NCBI RefSeq assembly: GCF_001194135.2
Contig: NC_068995.1
Location: forward strand, 55,995,837-56,059,349
Source of the DNA: Octopus bimaculoides
Lineage: Eukaryota
Reading direction: 5' to 3'
DNA length: 63,513 nt
In this document: positions 35,340 through 48,739 of the stretch, in pieces
Layout of the letters: every line of letters begins with the position of its first letter
How positions within the stretch are numbered: position 1 is the stretch's first letter
Notes under the pieces: generated by a model
What the model saw: only the letters and a program-made list of their open reading frames with translations
Database searches by the model: none
Told to the model about the DNA's origin: nothing
Made by a program: the position numbers and the translations under genes

Positions 35340-35525
35340 TCGCAGGCCGGGCGAATGCCCAGCAGTAGCTTTTCGCCTGTATATACGTTTTGCGTTCAAA
35401 TTCCGCCGCGGTCGATTTTGCCTTTCATCTTTCGAGGTCGATGAAATAAGTACCAGTTGAGCACATGGGTTGATGTAATCGACTCATCCCCTCCCCCAAA
35501 ATTGCTGGAAATTTTAAAATTATTA
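35340..35525 (+). mobile_element. SINE family A with a long (ATT/ATC)n tail
   Basis: gccgggcgaatgcccagcag...gttcaaattccgccgcggtcgattttgcctttcatc...; the tail microsatellite runs to about 35652. Confidence 0.85.
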
Positions 35526-35543
35526 TTATTATTATTATCATTA

Positions 35544-35574
<31 letters not shown>

Positions 35575-35575
35575 T

Positions 35576-35610
<35 letters not shown>

Positions 35611-35618
35611 TATTATTA

Positions 35619-35654
<36 letters not shown>

Positions 35655-35965
35655 CTCCGCCACCATCTTCATCACAAAGTGCACCCTACTACTATTACTG
35701 CGGCTGCCATCACTAAACCGAGTTGGTCTACTTAGAAAAATCCAAGTTTCCATGATGAGATAGATTATCCCGTCTAAATTTCTTTTGCTGCTGTTTTTCA
35801 TTATGTCACGTACAAGCGACACTAGGATTAGATATTTTTCTTTCAAAGATAACGAACAGCACGGTCGGAATTTTTACCAGGGATTATTTTCATTGTTCAC
35901 CGGTGTTGAAGCAACTTTCATTGCAGAACGAACAAATCATGATAGCAGCGGTTCAAATAATAATG

Positions 35966-35998
<33 letters not shown>

Positions 35999-36537
35999 GG
36001 CCTGTTCTTGTACAAGATGGATGGAAGTAAGAGATAGTGAGGTAAGAGGGTGGCCGGGATGTATGTAGACAGAACGACAGAAAATGCTACTGATACGAAC
36101 GTGAATAGCGAACAGACAGGGAGAGGGGTGGTGATGGGGTTAGTATTAAACAATCTGGTTCGTAGATAAAGAGATATTACTTGGCATATTGTTAACTCCG
36201 TTGGTTAAAACGATGGACATCCTTTGTTAAATACAACTCCTTCGAATTACAAAATAAAAAAAAAATTGACCACACGACCTCTTCCATGCTAGTAGTGGTC
36301 AGTTATGTAATGGTCAACAAGAATCAACGACAAATACCAAGTGAGCAATCTGTGAGCACTGAACTATCGAAAAGATATATATATTCCAATGGGGTGACAA
36401 GTTCAAAAGTAATTATTTTTGACTTTATATTAAGGAGCTGCCATATTTAGTTCGTAATTTGACAAAAAGCCGTCGTAAATCTTCAAACTGCGTCACTTCC
36501 ATTTGTTTATTTCGTTTGGGTCTCAATTTGGATTCCT

Positions 36538-36790
36538 GAGTCAGCAAGAAAGGATCACAAGACGGATTCTTCAAGCCGAGCCAAGTGATAGGAGACCAAG
36601 GAGTAGACTTAGAGCGAGGTGGTTAGATAAATATCCATAGCGTCTCGGTCCGAACTTGTATGGGATCCAGCAAGAATGTGCAAGAACGGTTGCTTTCGAT
36701 AGAGCCCTATGGAGAATCGACCTGAGGATTCTACGTCCACGACCCTCCTAGATATAGCGGGTGGAGAAAATGCATGGATGGATGGATGGA
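36538..36790 (+). mobile_element. RTE-clade LINE 3' end (Expander/Rex3-like)
   Basis: QQERITRRILQAEPSDRRPRSRLRARWLD...GIQQECARTVAFDRALWRIDLRILRPRPS*, then ggagaaaatgc(atgg)n, a tail of the type known for Rex3/Expander. Confidence 0.82.
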
Positions 36791-37276
36791 TAATGTGATG
36801 GAAAAACAGCAATACCTTTCACAGTATAGGGAGTTTCATATTGCATTGTAACTGCATTTGGTACAAATTTTGATTTGTCATTTTATAACTCAACAATGGT
36901 GTCATCTTCCTATTCATCATCAATAATAATAATAATAATAATAATTATAATCGTTTAACGTCCACTTTTCCGAACTTGTATGGGTCAGGAGGAATTTTAT
37001 TGAGGTAGATTTTCTATGGCCGGTTTCCCTTTCTGTCGCCAACTCTCACCTGTTTTCAAGCAAGCTATTTCCCCTTAGACATGTCTTCGCAGTGACATAC
37101 ACACACACACATACGCGCACATGCATACGAACAATACACACGTATTCTTTCTTGTTTCAGTGTCCGTCTACCAAATCTGCTCACAAGATTTTGGTAGGTC
37201 TGGGCCTATAGAAAAACGGAACTGAACCGGAAACTACATATATTGTTGAGAAGAAAACTTAACCATACAGCCAAGC

Positions 37277-37322
<46 letters not shown>

Positions 37323-38039
37323 AGTGGTGCAGGCAAGAGAAAAAGCACACAATATACAAAGTAGAACATATATGTCTTTATTCTTTAGCTATAAAGCTAA
37401 ATAAGTGACTCAAAAGTCTAGAGTCACTTATTTACTTTTACAGCTAAATGATGAAGAGCTGCGTGTGTGCGCCTGCGCAAGCTGTAGTAAAAAGTAACTT
37501 ATCTATAATTAAGTTTCATGCCGACAGAGGCAATAATTCTTAACGAAGTGTTTTAATCAAGTGTTTGTTATTTAAACCGAAAGCTATTGAATAACTTAAC
37601 TGTCGTCACTTAAATAAAATTATTCATTGAAAAATCCATCTGGTGAATGTCTTCAGTATTTATAAACCTAAATTTCTTCCGACACTGGATGTCTGCCTCT
37701 TCCGTAAAGTGTGTGGGGAGGCACACGAGTTTAGTCTGTACCAGTCTTAAAATGAATATCACAATTCGGTGATGATAGGCAAAAAAAGCTGCGTAATCGT
37801 TACGTAGGTGTTTTTCTCTTTTTTTGCCTCTTTTTTTTTATCTCTCTCTTACACAAAAATTATGTTAGTCTTTCGTAGACCAATAAAGACGGTTCTGTAA
37901 TCTCTTGCTCAACAATCTGCACAAACGATTTGGTTATAGTGATAAAATGTTCGTACTGTATGTTACCTCCTCCATCAAATCGACGTTTCCTGAACAGGTG
38001 TACACAGGTGCATACGGGTGTCAGGTGTCGAAGGGATCG

Positions 38040-38132
38040 GAGATCCAAGTGAGATGGAATGACCCAGAAATTGAAACCACGATCTCATGAGCGTGAGAGC
38101 AACGCCTTAACCACTAGGCCATGCACCCGCGC
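38040..38132 (-). mobile_element. tRNA-like SINE head
   Basis: The minus strand reads gcgggtgcatggcctagtggttaaggcgttgctctcacgctcatgagatcgtggtttcaatttctggg, with an A-box and a decayed B-box. It does not form a proper cloverleaf. Confidence 0.65.
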
Positions 38133-38524
38133 TTTACATAAAAAAATATCACAGTTTGGTTTATCTTATGTATCATGTATGGTCCGTACAAAACTATACG
38201 CATGGCAAACGTGCTTAAAAGGATTCCTTTAACGTACATGAAATGCTGCGGTTGGGACATTCAGAAAATTCTTTCGATAACTTTTGATTCGTGTGGTTTA
38301 TACACTGTGTTCTAATTTAAAGGAACAGGAATCACTGTAGCCACCATAAAAAAAAAATATAAGATACAAGGAGATGGGTGGTTCGGTGGCTGAGTTGTTT
38401 ATAACTTGGAGGGTGTTTCTTTGGTGTCATCTTCAACGTTAGTAAATCCAGCAGTTAGTAAAATGACAGATTAATATCAATGCAGCGTACTTAGTTAAGC
38501 TTTTTGCTCCCTAAGGAGCATTGG

Positions 38525-38800
38525 TCATTAACGACCTCTCTCCCCTGTTCCCAAATCTGGGCTGTCTTTTTCTCTCCTTGCTCTTCTTTTTGAGTTGTCA
38601 TCGAAGGTTCTGTAGCTTTGATTTTCCTAGATGGAGGTATTGGCTCTCTGGAAACCCATTTTTACTTCTGGGAAGAGGTGGTCCCTATTTTTGTGACCTC
38701 AATCCTTTGATCTGTCCAACACGAGAGCCCCTGCCAAGAGGTTACTCTCTGGTGGCATAGCTTTCGGGGTAATTGGGGCATACAAGCCACCACATCACAA
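38525..38800 (+). mobile_element. Dispersed repeat, RTE-leader-like
   Basis: The first 140 bp align to the reverse complement of 39930-40085. The later part (gatctgtccaacacgagagcccctgcc...ggcatagctttcggggtaattggggcatacaagccacc) resembles RTE-associated 5' sequence (recalled). Confidence 0.45.
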
Positions 38801-39744
38801 GGGCTGCATCTTGTAGTAGTGAATGCAGCGTATGATATCAGAACACAGCAGTTTGGGGAGGCGAAAGAAAGAGGATTGATTGGAGAGAGAATAAAAGAGC
38901 GGTGATGGGGGGAAGAGAATGGGGGGAAATAAATAGATGAATAATGAAGAGAATGGTTAAATGAGGAAATGGAAAGTTGATGGGACATTGGAATGATGGG
39001 AAAATTGTAAAGGAATAAAAGATGGTAGAGTATGATGAGAATTTACATCTTAGGAACATGAAGTGAAGCGATGGAAGAAAAATGGTGAACGAATTTGGAA
39101 GATGATCGGATAGATGGCAGTGAAAGAATGGAAGGAGTGAAAACGGTCGGCGAGATGGAAGAGTAGTGGGGGGTAAAGTTTGGAAAATAGGAGTGGGATT
39201 GAGAGAATGAAAACTGGAGATTGATAAATAAGAATGAAAGAATGAAATAAAGGATAAATAAGAAAAATGACTCATAGAGGAATGGAGGAAGTAAAACGGA
39301 ATATAAAGAAAGATTGAAGACAGAATATTTAAGAAACCAAGAGAGAATACGGGATTAAGAGAATAAGAAGCTAATTAAGCAGAATTAACGAATGCTTGAA
39401 AAGAAGAAGAGTGAGAAGATTAAAATATAAATATCTTGGATAAGTGACTGAAAGACGCATTAATTGGTCCTTTCAGGAAATGACAGATTCGTTGTTGTTT
39501 AAGAGTCGGTCGGCTTTAAATGGGTTGACCAACAATGATCAAAGGGTCTCCAACTGTGACCATCCCATCTGTCGCCAACTTACACTTGTCATCCAAGTAA
39601 AGTCATATTCTGCCATGGCCAAACGTTTTTACGGAAGACTGGAAACGAAGGATATCGCTCACATGACAGTGTCACTTGCTTACAGTTACCATATGATGTC
39701 AAGGCAAGGAGACAGTAACACACACGCTCGTACTCACACATATA

Positions 39745-39910
39745 CGACGGGATTCTTTCAGTTTCCATCTAGCAAATTTACTCACAGGGCTTTGGCCGGC
39801 CCGAAGCTATAGTAGAAGACACTTGCCCAAGGTGCCATGCAGTAGGATCGAACCTGGAACCATGTGGTTGGGAAACAAACTTCTTACCACACAAGCACAC
39901 CTGCGCCTAC
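39745..39910 (-). mobile_element. SINE family B, 5' half
   Basis: acgacgggattctttcagtttccatc...gaagacacttgcccaaggtgccatgcagtaggatcgaacctggaaccatgtggttgggaaacaaacttcttaccacacaagcacacctgcgcct. Confidence 0.92.
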
Positions 39911-39929
39911 GGACCATTTCTTCCCAGTG

Positions 39930-40085
39930 GTCAAATGGCTTTGCGTAAGGCCAACATCCTTGCATAGAAACGAAAGCAAAGTTACAGAAGCGTCGATGAC
40001 CATTCAAAACAAACTGGGAGAGGAAAAGACGGCCCAGGGTGGAAAACAGCGGAGAAAAGTCATCGGATGGCCTATGCACCAACCA
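39930..40085 (-). mobile_element. Second copy of the 38525 repeat, inverted
   Basis: Reverse complement: gatgacttttctccgctgttttccaccctgggccgtcttttcctctccc...gtcatcgacgcttctgtaactttgctttc...ggatgttggcc...ccatttga. Confidence 0.6.
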
Positions 40086-42639
40086 ATAGGGAACGAAGGG
40101 CTTAAGAAAGTAAAGTATGATTTGAAGGAAGTTTCGCTGTTATTTCTCGAAGGTCGTGTCGTGTGACTACATAAAGTCTCAACCATTGACTCACAATTGT
40201 CGTTTAGCCCAAGGTCAACTATAATAGAGCAGATAAATGATCAATGTGCATTCTAACCTTGACATGGAGAAAACCTAGCGAGGGGGTGGGTGGGACAGAA
40301 AGCGAGAATACGACTGAGTCGGTAAGTGGAAGGGGTTGTGATGGAGGGGTCTTGTTGATTATGATGGTAGTAATTGTGGCGATAGTGGGGGGTGATAGAG
40401 CTGGTGGTGGTGGTGGCGGTGGTGATGGTAGCAGAGATGAGGATTACGTTGTATGTTGACGGGTGTGGTGGTGGTGGTCGAGGTGATGTTTGTGAGGTTG
40501 AAACAACAGAGGTGGTGGTGGTGGGGGTTTGTTTATGGTGGTGGTGTTGATGACGAGGTTGGTGCTAGTAGTGATGGGAGTGGGGATGGCCGTGATAGTA
40601 GTTGTGGTGATGGAGTGGGGTGTAGGGGAGGCACAAGTGATGATTCTGATTGTAACGCTGGAGGTTTCGATTATGGTGGCAGTTGGTGACAGTGGGAGGA
40701 TTGCTGCTAGTGGTGGGGTGGTGGTCATTGTCGTCGTGGTAGTTGTGGTGATGATGGCGATAGAGGAAGAAAGTAAAAGATAACGAACGGCCGATGTAGG
40801 TAAAACACACGAAAAAAACAATACAAACAGAAGACGATATCAAAGAAGAAAAATAGACGAAAGAAAGAATAATGAAAATGCGAAAAAAGAAAGATGAAAA
40901 TAAAAAAGAAAGATGAAAATAAAAAAGAAAGATAGAAGCGAAATGTATAAAAGATGAAAGATGGGAGAAAATAAAACCAAAAAAGGAAGAAGAGAGTTGA
41001 TCAAATTAAGTAGCAATCATCACCAGAGACGTCGTTGTTTCGTTTAATTGTTTCCCTTGTTTGCTGTTAACTTTGTCTTCCTCATATTTTATCAGGTTTT
41101 ACTTTCACTTTCGTTTTCTGTCTTGACTGTATGGGAATACATGTACACATATGTGCGTGTGTTTATGAGTGTGTATTTCTTTGCGTACGCGTGTTTTTAT
41201 GCGTCTGCCCTTGTGTGTGTATGCGTCTGCCTCTGTGCGTGTGTAGATATTTGTGTGCCTGTGTATGCGTGTGCCTTTATGTATGCGCGTGTGTGTATGT
41301 GTATTTATACGAGTGCCGCTGTGTATGTTTCTGTACATGCATGTGTTTGTTTATGCGTGTGTCTCTGTCTTTATACGCGTGCCTTTCTGTATATCTGTGC
41401 CTATGAGCGTGTGTGTGTATTCATGCGTCTGGCTTTGTGTCTATGGATATTTAAGTGTGTGCCTGTTTGTATTAAGCATGTACTTGTATATGTATTTAAG
41501 CGTATAACTGTGTGTGAGTGCACCTTTGTCCTTCTATTCATGCTTATGCTGTGTGTGTTTCTGGCGGTGTGTTTTTCTAATCTTACGTGTTATGTTAGTT
41601 TTATTATTATTTTTTTTTATTTAAGGTCAGTCGTCTTCCTTTCTCTCTGTTATAAATTTGCATACAACACTATCATTGAAAAAAAAAATAACATGCCTTA
41701 TGTGTAAATTAGTCACCATAAGGCTGTTCTGTCTTTATTGTTGTTCTAGTTTTTATTTACTTTTTTAAAATATACATACCGTATGTGGCGAAGTTGGTGT
41801 AGTTTTTTTTTTAATTCGATGGGTGAGCGGGTAAGTGTTGGTGGAGAAAAAAAATTTATTAGAGGCAGAGAACGACTGTCTTGTCCTTTCATCTTCTCGT
41901 TTTCGTGGCACCGAGTCCGGACAGAAACAAGTATTTTTCCCCTTTTTTTATGTATGTTATTTTGTTTTACGTGTGTAGTTTTTGTTTGTTGTATTCGTTA
42001 GTTGTTTACAATTTGTTATTATAATATTTATTTATTTTTATACGGTCTTCCCATTGTGTATGTGTGTGTATATGAATACACACTTGTAAGTATGTGTGCA
42101 TACGAACATGAACACATGCTTTTGTGTGCGTGAGCATGTGTGTATGAATATCTATGCACACGTTTGTCTGTATGTATATGAGAATATACGCTTGCATGTG
42201 CATATGGGTGTTTAGTCTTTTGAGACGATGTTAATATATTGAAAAAGGTGTGTATGTGCGTGCGTGTGTGTTTATGTGTGTTCTTTCTCTGTGTGTGTAT
42301 ATTAAGTTGAAGAGGGTTAGAATTTTCTTTTTTTTTTTTGCGTCTTTAATATAGACTGGGTTGATATGTGTGTCACTGATAAGATGCCAATGTGTAAGCG
42401 CGTGTATACTGCTCCTCGGTGTGTGTGTGTGTGTGTGTGTGTGACACTGTTATGTGATGAGAAATATGTATGAATCTGTGTGTAAGAGTGTGGGTCGAAG
42501 GAAGAGGAGTGTAGAATAAGCAGGTATCATTAGGGCTGGTGGTTGTAAAGAGTTTGACTCTAAGGCCAGACCTAATTGAGCATTGTTATAAAAAGCATTC
42601 CAGCCGAGGCCATTCCGCCTTTATTTGAAATAGACATTA

Positions 42640-42763
42640 TAGGCGCAGGTATAATTGTGGTTAGGAAACTCGATTTGTATCCACGGAATTTCGGGTTCAG
42701 TCCTACTGCACGGCACCGTGAACAAGGGTCTTTTACTATAACCCCGATTCGCCCATTACTTTC

Positions 42764-42815
<52 letters not shown>

Positions 42816-43630
42816 GATATGCAGGGCAGGGAATCGTCAATTAGTAATAAAATTAATAATTAACAATTTTGCCGGGTAGCTCAGTATGAAAAAACCTTTT
42901 CGGTAAAAATCATTTATAATCATAAATATATAGGGATTGACAGTAACCTGCACTGTCAATCCCTATATATTTATGATTATATATATATATATATATATAT
43001 ATTAAATAATGAGGGTAGAAATTGATATTAATCAATTAGTGGTCATTCCTCTTAATTTTGTGTATATATGTATGTGTATATATATATATATATATATTGT
43101 GTATGTTTGTGTGTTTGTGTTTGTCCTCCCAACCGATGGTGGTGTGCTTATGTCCCCGTAACTTAGCGACTCGACAAAAGAGACCGATAGAATAAGTCCT
43201 GGGATCGATTTGCTCGATTCAAGGCGGTGCTCCAGCATGGCTGCAGTCAAATGACTGAAACAAAAGAATATATATTATATATATAGGACGGGCTTTTTTC
43301 AGTTTCCGTCTACCAAATCCACTGTAGTAGAAGACACTTGCCCAATGTGCCACGCATTGGGATTGAACCCAGGACCATGTGGTTGGTAAGCAAGCTACCA
43401 AACACACAGTGTGTGGCTTGTGCTTGTGTCTGTCCTCTTCCACCACTTGACGAGCGGTGTTGGATTGTTTACGTCCCCGTAACTGACCGGTTTGGCAAAC
43501 AGAGAACGAAAGAATAAGTGCTAGAGCTAAAAATTAAGTACTAGGGTCGGCTTATTCGGTTAAACTCCTCAGTGAGGTGCCCCAGCATGGCCGCAGTCCA
43601 ATGATTGGAACAAGCAAAAGGTAAAAGTAT
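42640..43630. mobile_element. Cluster of SINE family B pieces in both orientations
   Basis: Head (+) at 42640-42740, 3' half (+) at 43095-43265, head (-) at 43285-43405, 3' half (+) at 43425-43625. Confidence 0.85.
42915..42981. repeat. Perfect 30-bp inverted repeat with a 7-nt loop
   Basis: TATAATCATAAATATATAGGGATTGACAGT-aacctgc-ACTGTCAATCCCTATATATTTATGATTATA. Confidence 0.97.
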
Positions 43631-44932
43631 CTGCTGTTACGTTTTGGTGCCTTCAGGTTGTAATTTAAGATTGTCTGGCAGCTGTTTCTAGCAGATCGAG
43701 TGCTTACGTAGAGGAGTCTCTCACGTTTGACACCCGGACATCGTGAAGGCGAAGATTGACAATGACCCCGGTAGTGGTGGTGATGGTGATGGCGGTGGCG
43801 AGTCGTCTGGGCGGGGGTGGGGATTGTGAGTGATGGTGGTAGATGAAGGTGAGGTCGTCAATGGTGTAGGACGTGGTTGGATGGCGAAAGGTGTCTGTGA
43901 TAGAAACGACGCTTAAAAGAAGGTTAACTACTTAATGATAGGAGAGAACGCAACATTCGAAAAAGAAGAAAAAACAAATATAGTTTGCGAGGTAGGAAGG
44001 GGTTGGGGGTTGGAGTGGGGGGGGGACGACGAATAATGATAGTTATTTCTTATTTAATTATGTGTGTGAGTGCGTTAATGTCTGGGTGTGTATGTGTGTG
44101 TGTTCTTGTATGTGTGAGCTTCTGTGTATTTTATGTACACGTTNNNNNNNNNNNNNNNNNNNNNNNNNNNNNNNNNNNNNNNNNNNNNNNNNNNNNNNNN
44201 NNNNNNNNNNNNNNNNNNNNNNNNNNNNNNNNNNNNNNNNNNNNNNNNNNNNNNNNNNNNNNNNNNNNNNNNNNNNNNNNNNNNNNNNNNNNNNNNNNNN
44301 NNNNNNNNNNNNNNNNNNNNNNNNNNNNNNNNNNNNNNNNNNNNNNNNNNNNNNNNNNNNNNNNNNNNNNNNNNNNNNNNNNNNNNNNNNNNNNNNNNNN
44401 NNNNNNNNNNNNNNNNNNNNNNNNNNNNNNNNNNNNNNNNNNNNNNNNNNNNNNNNNNNNNNNNNNNNNNNNNNNNNNNNNNNNNNNNNNNNNNNNNNNN
44501 NNNNNNNNNNNNNNNNNNNNNNNNNNNNNNNNNNNNNNNNNNNNNNNNNNNNNNNNNNNNNNNNNNNNNNNNNNNNNNNNNNNNNNNNNNNNNNNNNNNN
44601 NNNNNNNNNNNNNNNNNNNNNNNNNNNNNNNNNNNNNNNNNNNNNNNNNNNNNNNNNNNNNNNNNNNNNNNNNNNNNNNNNNNNNNNNNNNNNNNNNNNN
44701 NNNNNNNNNNNNNNNNNNNNNNNNNNNNNNNNNNNNNNNNNNNNNNNNNNNNNNNNNNNNNNNNNNNNNNNNNNNNNNNNNNNNNNNNNNNNNNNNNNNN
44801 NNNNNNNNNNNNNNNNNNNNNNNNNNNNNNNNNNNNNNNNNNNNNNNNNNNNNNNNNNNNNNNNNNNNNNNNNNNNNNNNNNNNNNNNNNNNNNNNNNNN
44901 NNNNNNNNNNNNNNNNNNNNNNNNNNNNNNNN

Positions 44933-44977
<45 letters not shown>

Positions 44978-45860
44978 GAAGGTGATGAAATTTGTCCCAG
45001 CCTGTATATGTATAATATCACCTACTTAATGAGTGTTGTTAAATGCTTGTGGCTGTGGTATTTTATATAAGGGAATCCCTTGTAAAGACGTCTGGAGTTT
45101 AAAAAAAAACAATAAACGTAACACCACAGCTACAAGCCTTTCGCAACACACATACATTAAGTATGTCATATTGGTAATGTTTACATTACGTTTACTTTAT
45201 TGATCTGGCTCTAACACAAAATTTGAATTTTGTTTTACTTGTGCGGCGCTTTTTTCATATCAGCAGATATATTTCATGCTGGCGATTCAAATTCGTTTCG
45301 AAAGTGAGATTTCTGGCATTGATGCGCAGAAAATACTATTATTGATGTGATCTATACGTCCAATAGAGAAAAATATTACAGTTGACTGAAGGATGTATAC
45401 ACCAGTCACAAACATCAATGAATATTTAGCGAATGCCATATAATATTTTAAATCTGGCAGTAATGTCTCTACCAATCACATTGGCTCGGCCTACTATAAT
45501 AAAGCAACAAAATACACCAAAATCGTTCCATCCTGGAGATAAGATCGAGACCTTTACTATTTCGAATATAAACTAGAGGGAACTCGTGCGAAAATAAGGG
45601 GAAACAAGGTTTTCATGAAATAGAGCATAAAACAAGATATGGTAAAACGTATTTCTGTTTTTATACAACACACACATTTCTCCTCTTTCTTATGTGTGTG
45701 TGTGTGTGTGTGTGTGTATGCATGCGCGCGTGTGCGTATGTTTGTGTGTGCATGCGTAATGCAAATATATAGATATAAACACACACGTATGGATGGTCGA
45801 GCGCATGCTTTTGTGGGTGGATTGCTATATGAAAAGTCGTATGCATATGTGTATATGTAT

Positions 45861-45913
<53 letters not shown>

Positions 45914-46104
45914 TACGTACATACACATATGTGTATATGTATATATGTGTGTGTGAGTGTGCGTATATGTATATATAAACGCACTCACACACAACCACTT
46001 ATATACATAGATATATATATATACATACATATACACATTTACATACATGTATGTGTGTTTTTGATTATGTATATACATACACATATATTCACATATTCAT
46101 ACAT

Positions 46105-46150
<46 letters not shown>

Positions 46151-46944
46151 ATATATATATTTCTATATAAGACCCGTGTTGAGTATGCTGTAGTCTCTCG
46201 AGGTTTATGATGTGTGCTGTGCAGACGTTTCACCTTTTACCATTTGAAGAAAGAGTCAGACAATTAGTAAATTAGCAAAATCTTAAGTTAATTTAGCCTG
46301 CAGTCTTGATGTAGCTTGTCCTTAACCTAATGGATTGCCAAGGAAGCAGTTAACCTAAGGTCTGCTGTCGGAATGTCCGCCTAATGGCGTTATTAAAACA
46401 TTAAAAACTTTAATAGTCGTCTTTTGATGTTAAATTATTGTAATCATACAATTCATCTTTGCAGGTCATAATGTATACAAGAGCGCTTAGTAATTGGCAC
46501 GAAAAGAAAGGGGAGGCAATTTTAGCCAGACTCAATAATTAACTATACGCCCGGCTTATCTCTATCGATATTTTATATAGATTTACATTTTTCGCTAGAG
46601 TCCAAGTTAACCATAGACGGCGGAGTTATATAGTTAACATTTCTCTCTAATGACGTTTTAAAACTCAATAATATTCCATGACCAAGTTGCTTCTGAATTT
46701 TATACATAGTTATTTCCGTGCTTCAAAAAGTTAATTTCATTTCCTTCGTTCGCAAAATTCTAATTTGAGGCATCAACCAAAATAATAAAGTTATGAACGT
46801 TTTGTTTTTTAATGTTTTTTCTTTGTCGTGCGCGTGCGTGTACGTGTGTGGGGCTGGGGGAGGTCATTATGCATCGTTATAATTCGAGTACTTGGTGTCG
46901 GTTCAGATGACTTCACTCGTTGACATGGAAATAATAATAATAAC

Positions 46945-47160
46945 AATAATGGTTTCAAATTTTGGCACATTGCCAGCAATTTCAGAGCAAACAGTGTAAA
47001 TTGATTACATCGACCCCTAGGGATCAACTGGTATTTATTTTACCAACCCCGAAAGAAAGCAAAGTCGATCTCAACGGCGTTTAAACTCAGAACGGAGTCA
47101 CGGACGAAATGCTACAAAGCATTTTGTCCGACGTGATACTGATTCTGCCAGCCCACCACC
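46945..47160 (-). mobile_element. SINE family A (gccaaaatttgaaacc tail variant)
   Basis: ggtttcaaattttggcaca...gattacatcgacccc...aaagtcgatctcaacggcgtttaaactcagaacg...gacgaaatgc...gattctgccagcccaccacc. Confidence 0.88.
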
Positions 47161-47987
47161 TCAGTAACAATAATAATAAATTGTCTTGACTGGTAGGTCA
47201 CGCGTACTGAGAAGAGCATTGTTGCTGTAAAATGTATTTTCTTTGTTTTTTTCCCCCTTTATTTGTTTACTTAATTATTTTCTCTTTTTTCTGTCTCTCT
47301 TCCCCTTTTTCTCTATCACATGACTTTGTAAATGAACAATCTGGTGTGTTTATCTTAATGGTCTACCAACGTGTACAGGGAGTTTCTCTGCCCTAGGTGT
47401 CAGGAAGACGCTCAGCAAGAAATGAAAACAGAATTCAAAGCAGATGATAATAATAATAATGTAGAAAAGCAAACTTTGTTCTTTGTCCAAACATGTTGCC
47501 TAAACCAGTGATTGCCAACGTTTCTGTATTTCTGTGACCTCGTTACCCCATATCCCTTATACGTTAAGGTACACGACACCCTTTTTTTTTATAATATGGA
47601 AAATACAAACTCTCGAGGAAAGCCTGCTATTTCTACCAACATTCTCTCTCTTTCTCTCTCTACCTCTCTCTTTCGCTCATTCCTTTCCCCCATCTTTCGC
47701 TCCCTCCCTGCTTGCTCCTCTTCCGCATTCCTTGCTCACTCACTCCTCCGCCATTCCCCACATGCTCCTTTCCCCACCTCTCGTTCCCTCCTTCCTTCCC
47801 TCACTCGCTCCCTCTCTCACCCACCTTCCCTCATTCACTCGCTCAATACCCATTCTACGCTCTCTTACTCAACACTCACTCAGCATTCGTTTATAAAATA
47901 CAGGTTTTTCCTTCATTTAAATCTAAAACAACCCTAACTACCCTTAAATACACCCAATTACAATCTACAAAATCCTCGAGCGTGTCG

Positions 47988-48160
47988 TAGTGGCGCCCTT
48001 GCTGGAAACTTCTTTTCCAAACGATTATTTTCCTGAACCTGTCTTTCGATCTTTCTGCTTAGGTTCACTCAAGTCGTCGACATAGCGTAGCAATGCAAAC
48101 ATATCCGGTGGATAACTCGAAATTCTTTCCTATGTTAACCAATTCAGACCAGGGCATTAC
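47988..48160. repeat. About 170-bp segment, copy 1 of a diverged direct duplication
   Basis: Colinear with 48740-48912 (ggcgcccttgctggaaacttcttttccaaa...caagtcgtcga...gataact...ctttcctatg...ttcagacca). Confidence 0.85.
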
Positions 48161-48739
48161 AGAAAATAGCCATCGTCCTTATTTCTTGATCGTTTATTTT
48201 TTTTAATTTTCCACCCCATATCGCTTCTCGTTTTTTATTCAAAGTTATATTTAGTAAATATCTGTATCTCCGCATTCGCAGACAGCAGCTTAAAAGGAAA
48301 TAAAAAATGAAAGAATGAAAGAAAACAAAAACTCCAGAGTTAAGTCGATGAATTAATTCATGAAAAGAAAATTTACGTGAATTTCTGATGGCAGACGATA
48401 ATTCGGATTAATTAAAATGTCGCTGGTCATTACTGCTTATGTCGTTGATGCTCTTGGAAGAGGCATGAATGTTACAACACCCTAAGAATATAGATATTCC
48501 CTGTCTATTCGAAAGAAAGAATTTTTTTGTCTTTTATCTTTTACTTGTTTCAGTCATTGAACTGCGGCCTTGCTGGAGTAATGCTTTGAAGGCTTTCCAC
48601 GAACAAATCGAAGCTAGTACTGATTTTTAATCTTAGTACCTATTCTGCTAGTCACTACTGTCGAACTGCTAAGTTACAAGGACGTAAACAAACCAACGCT
48701 GATCGTCAAGCACATATCGTAATTACCTCTAATTACCCC

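Noticed and set aside
41048-41707. 219-aa hydrophobic ORF as a membrane protein
   Set aside because: It derives from degenerate (TG)-rich repeat sequence giving V/C/Y/A bias.
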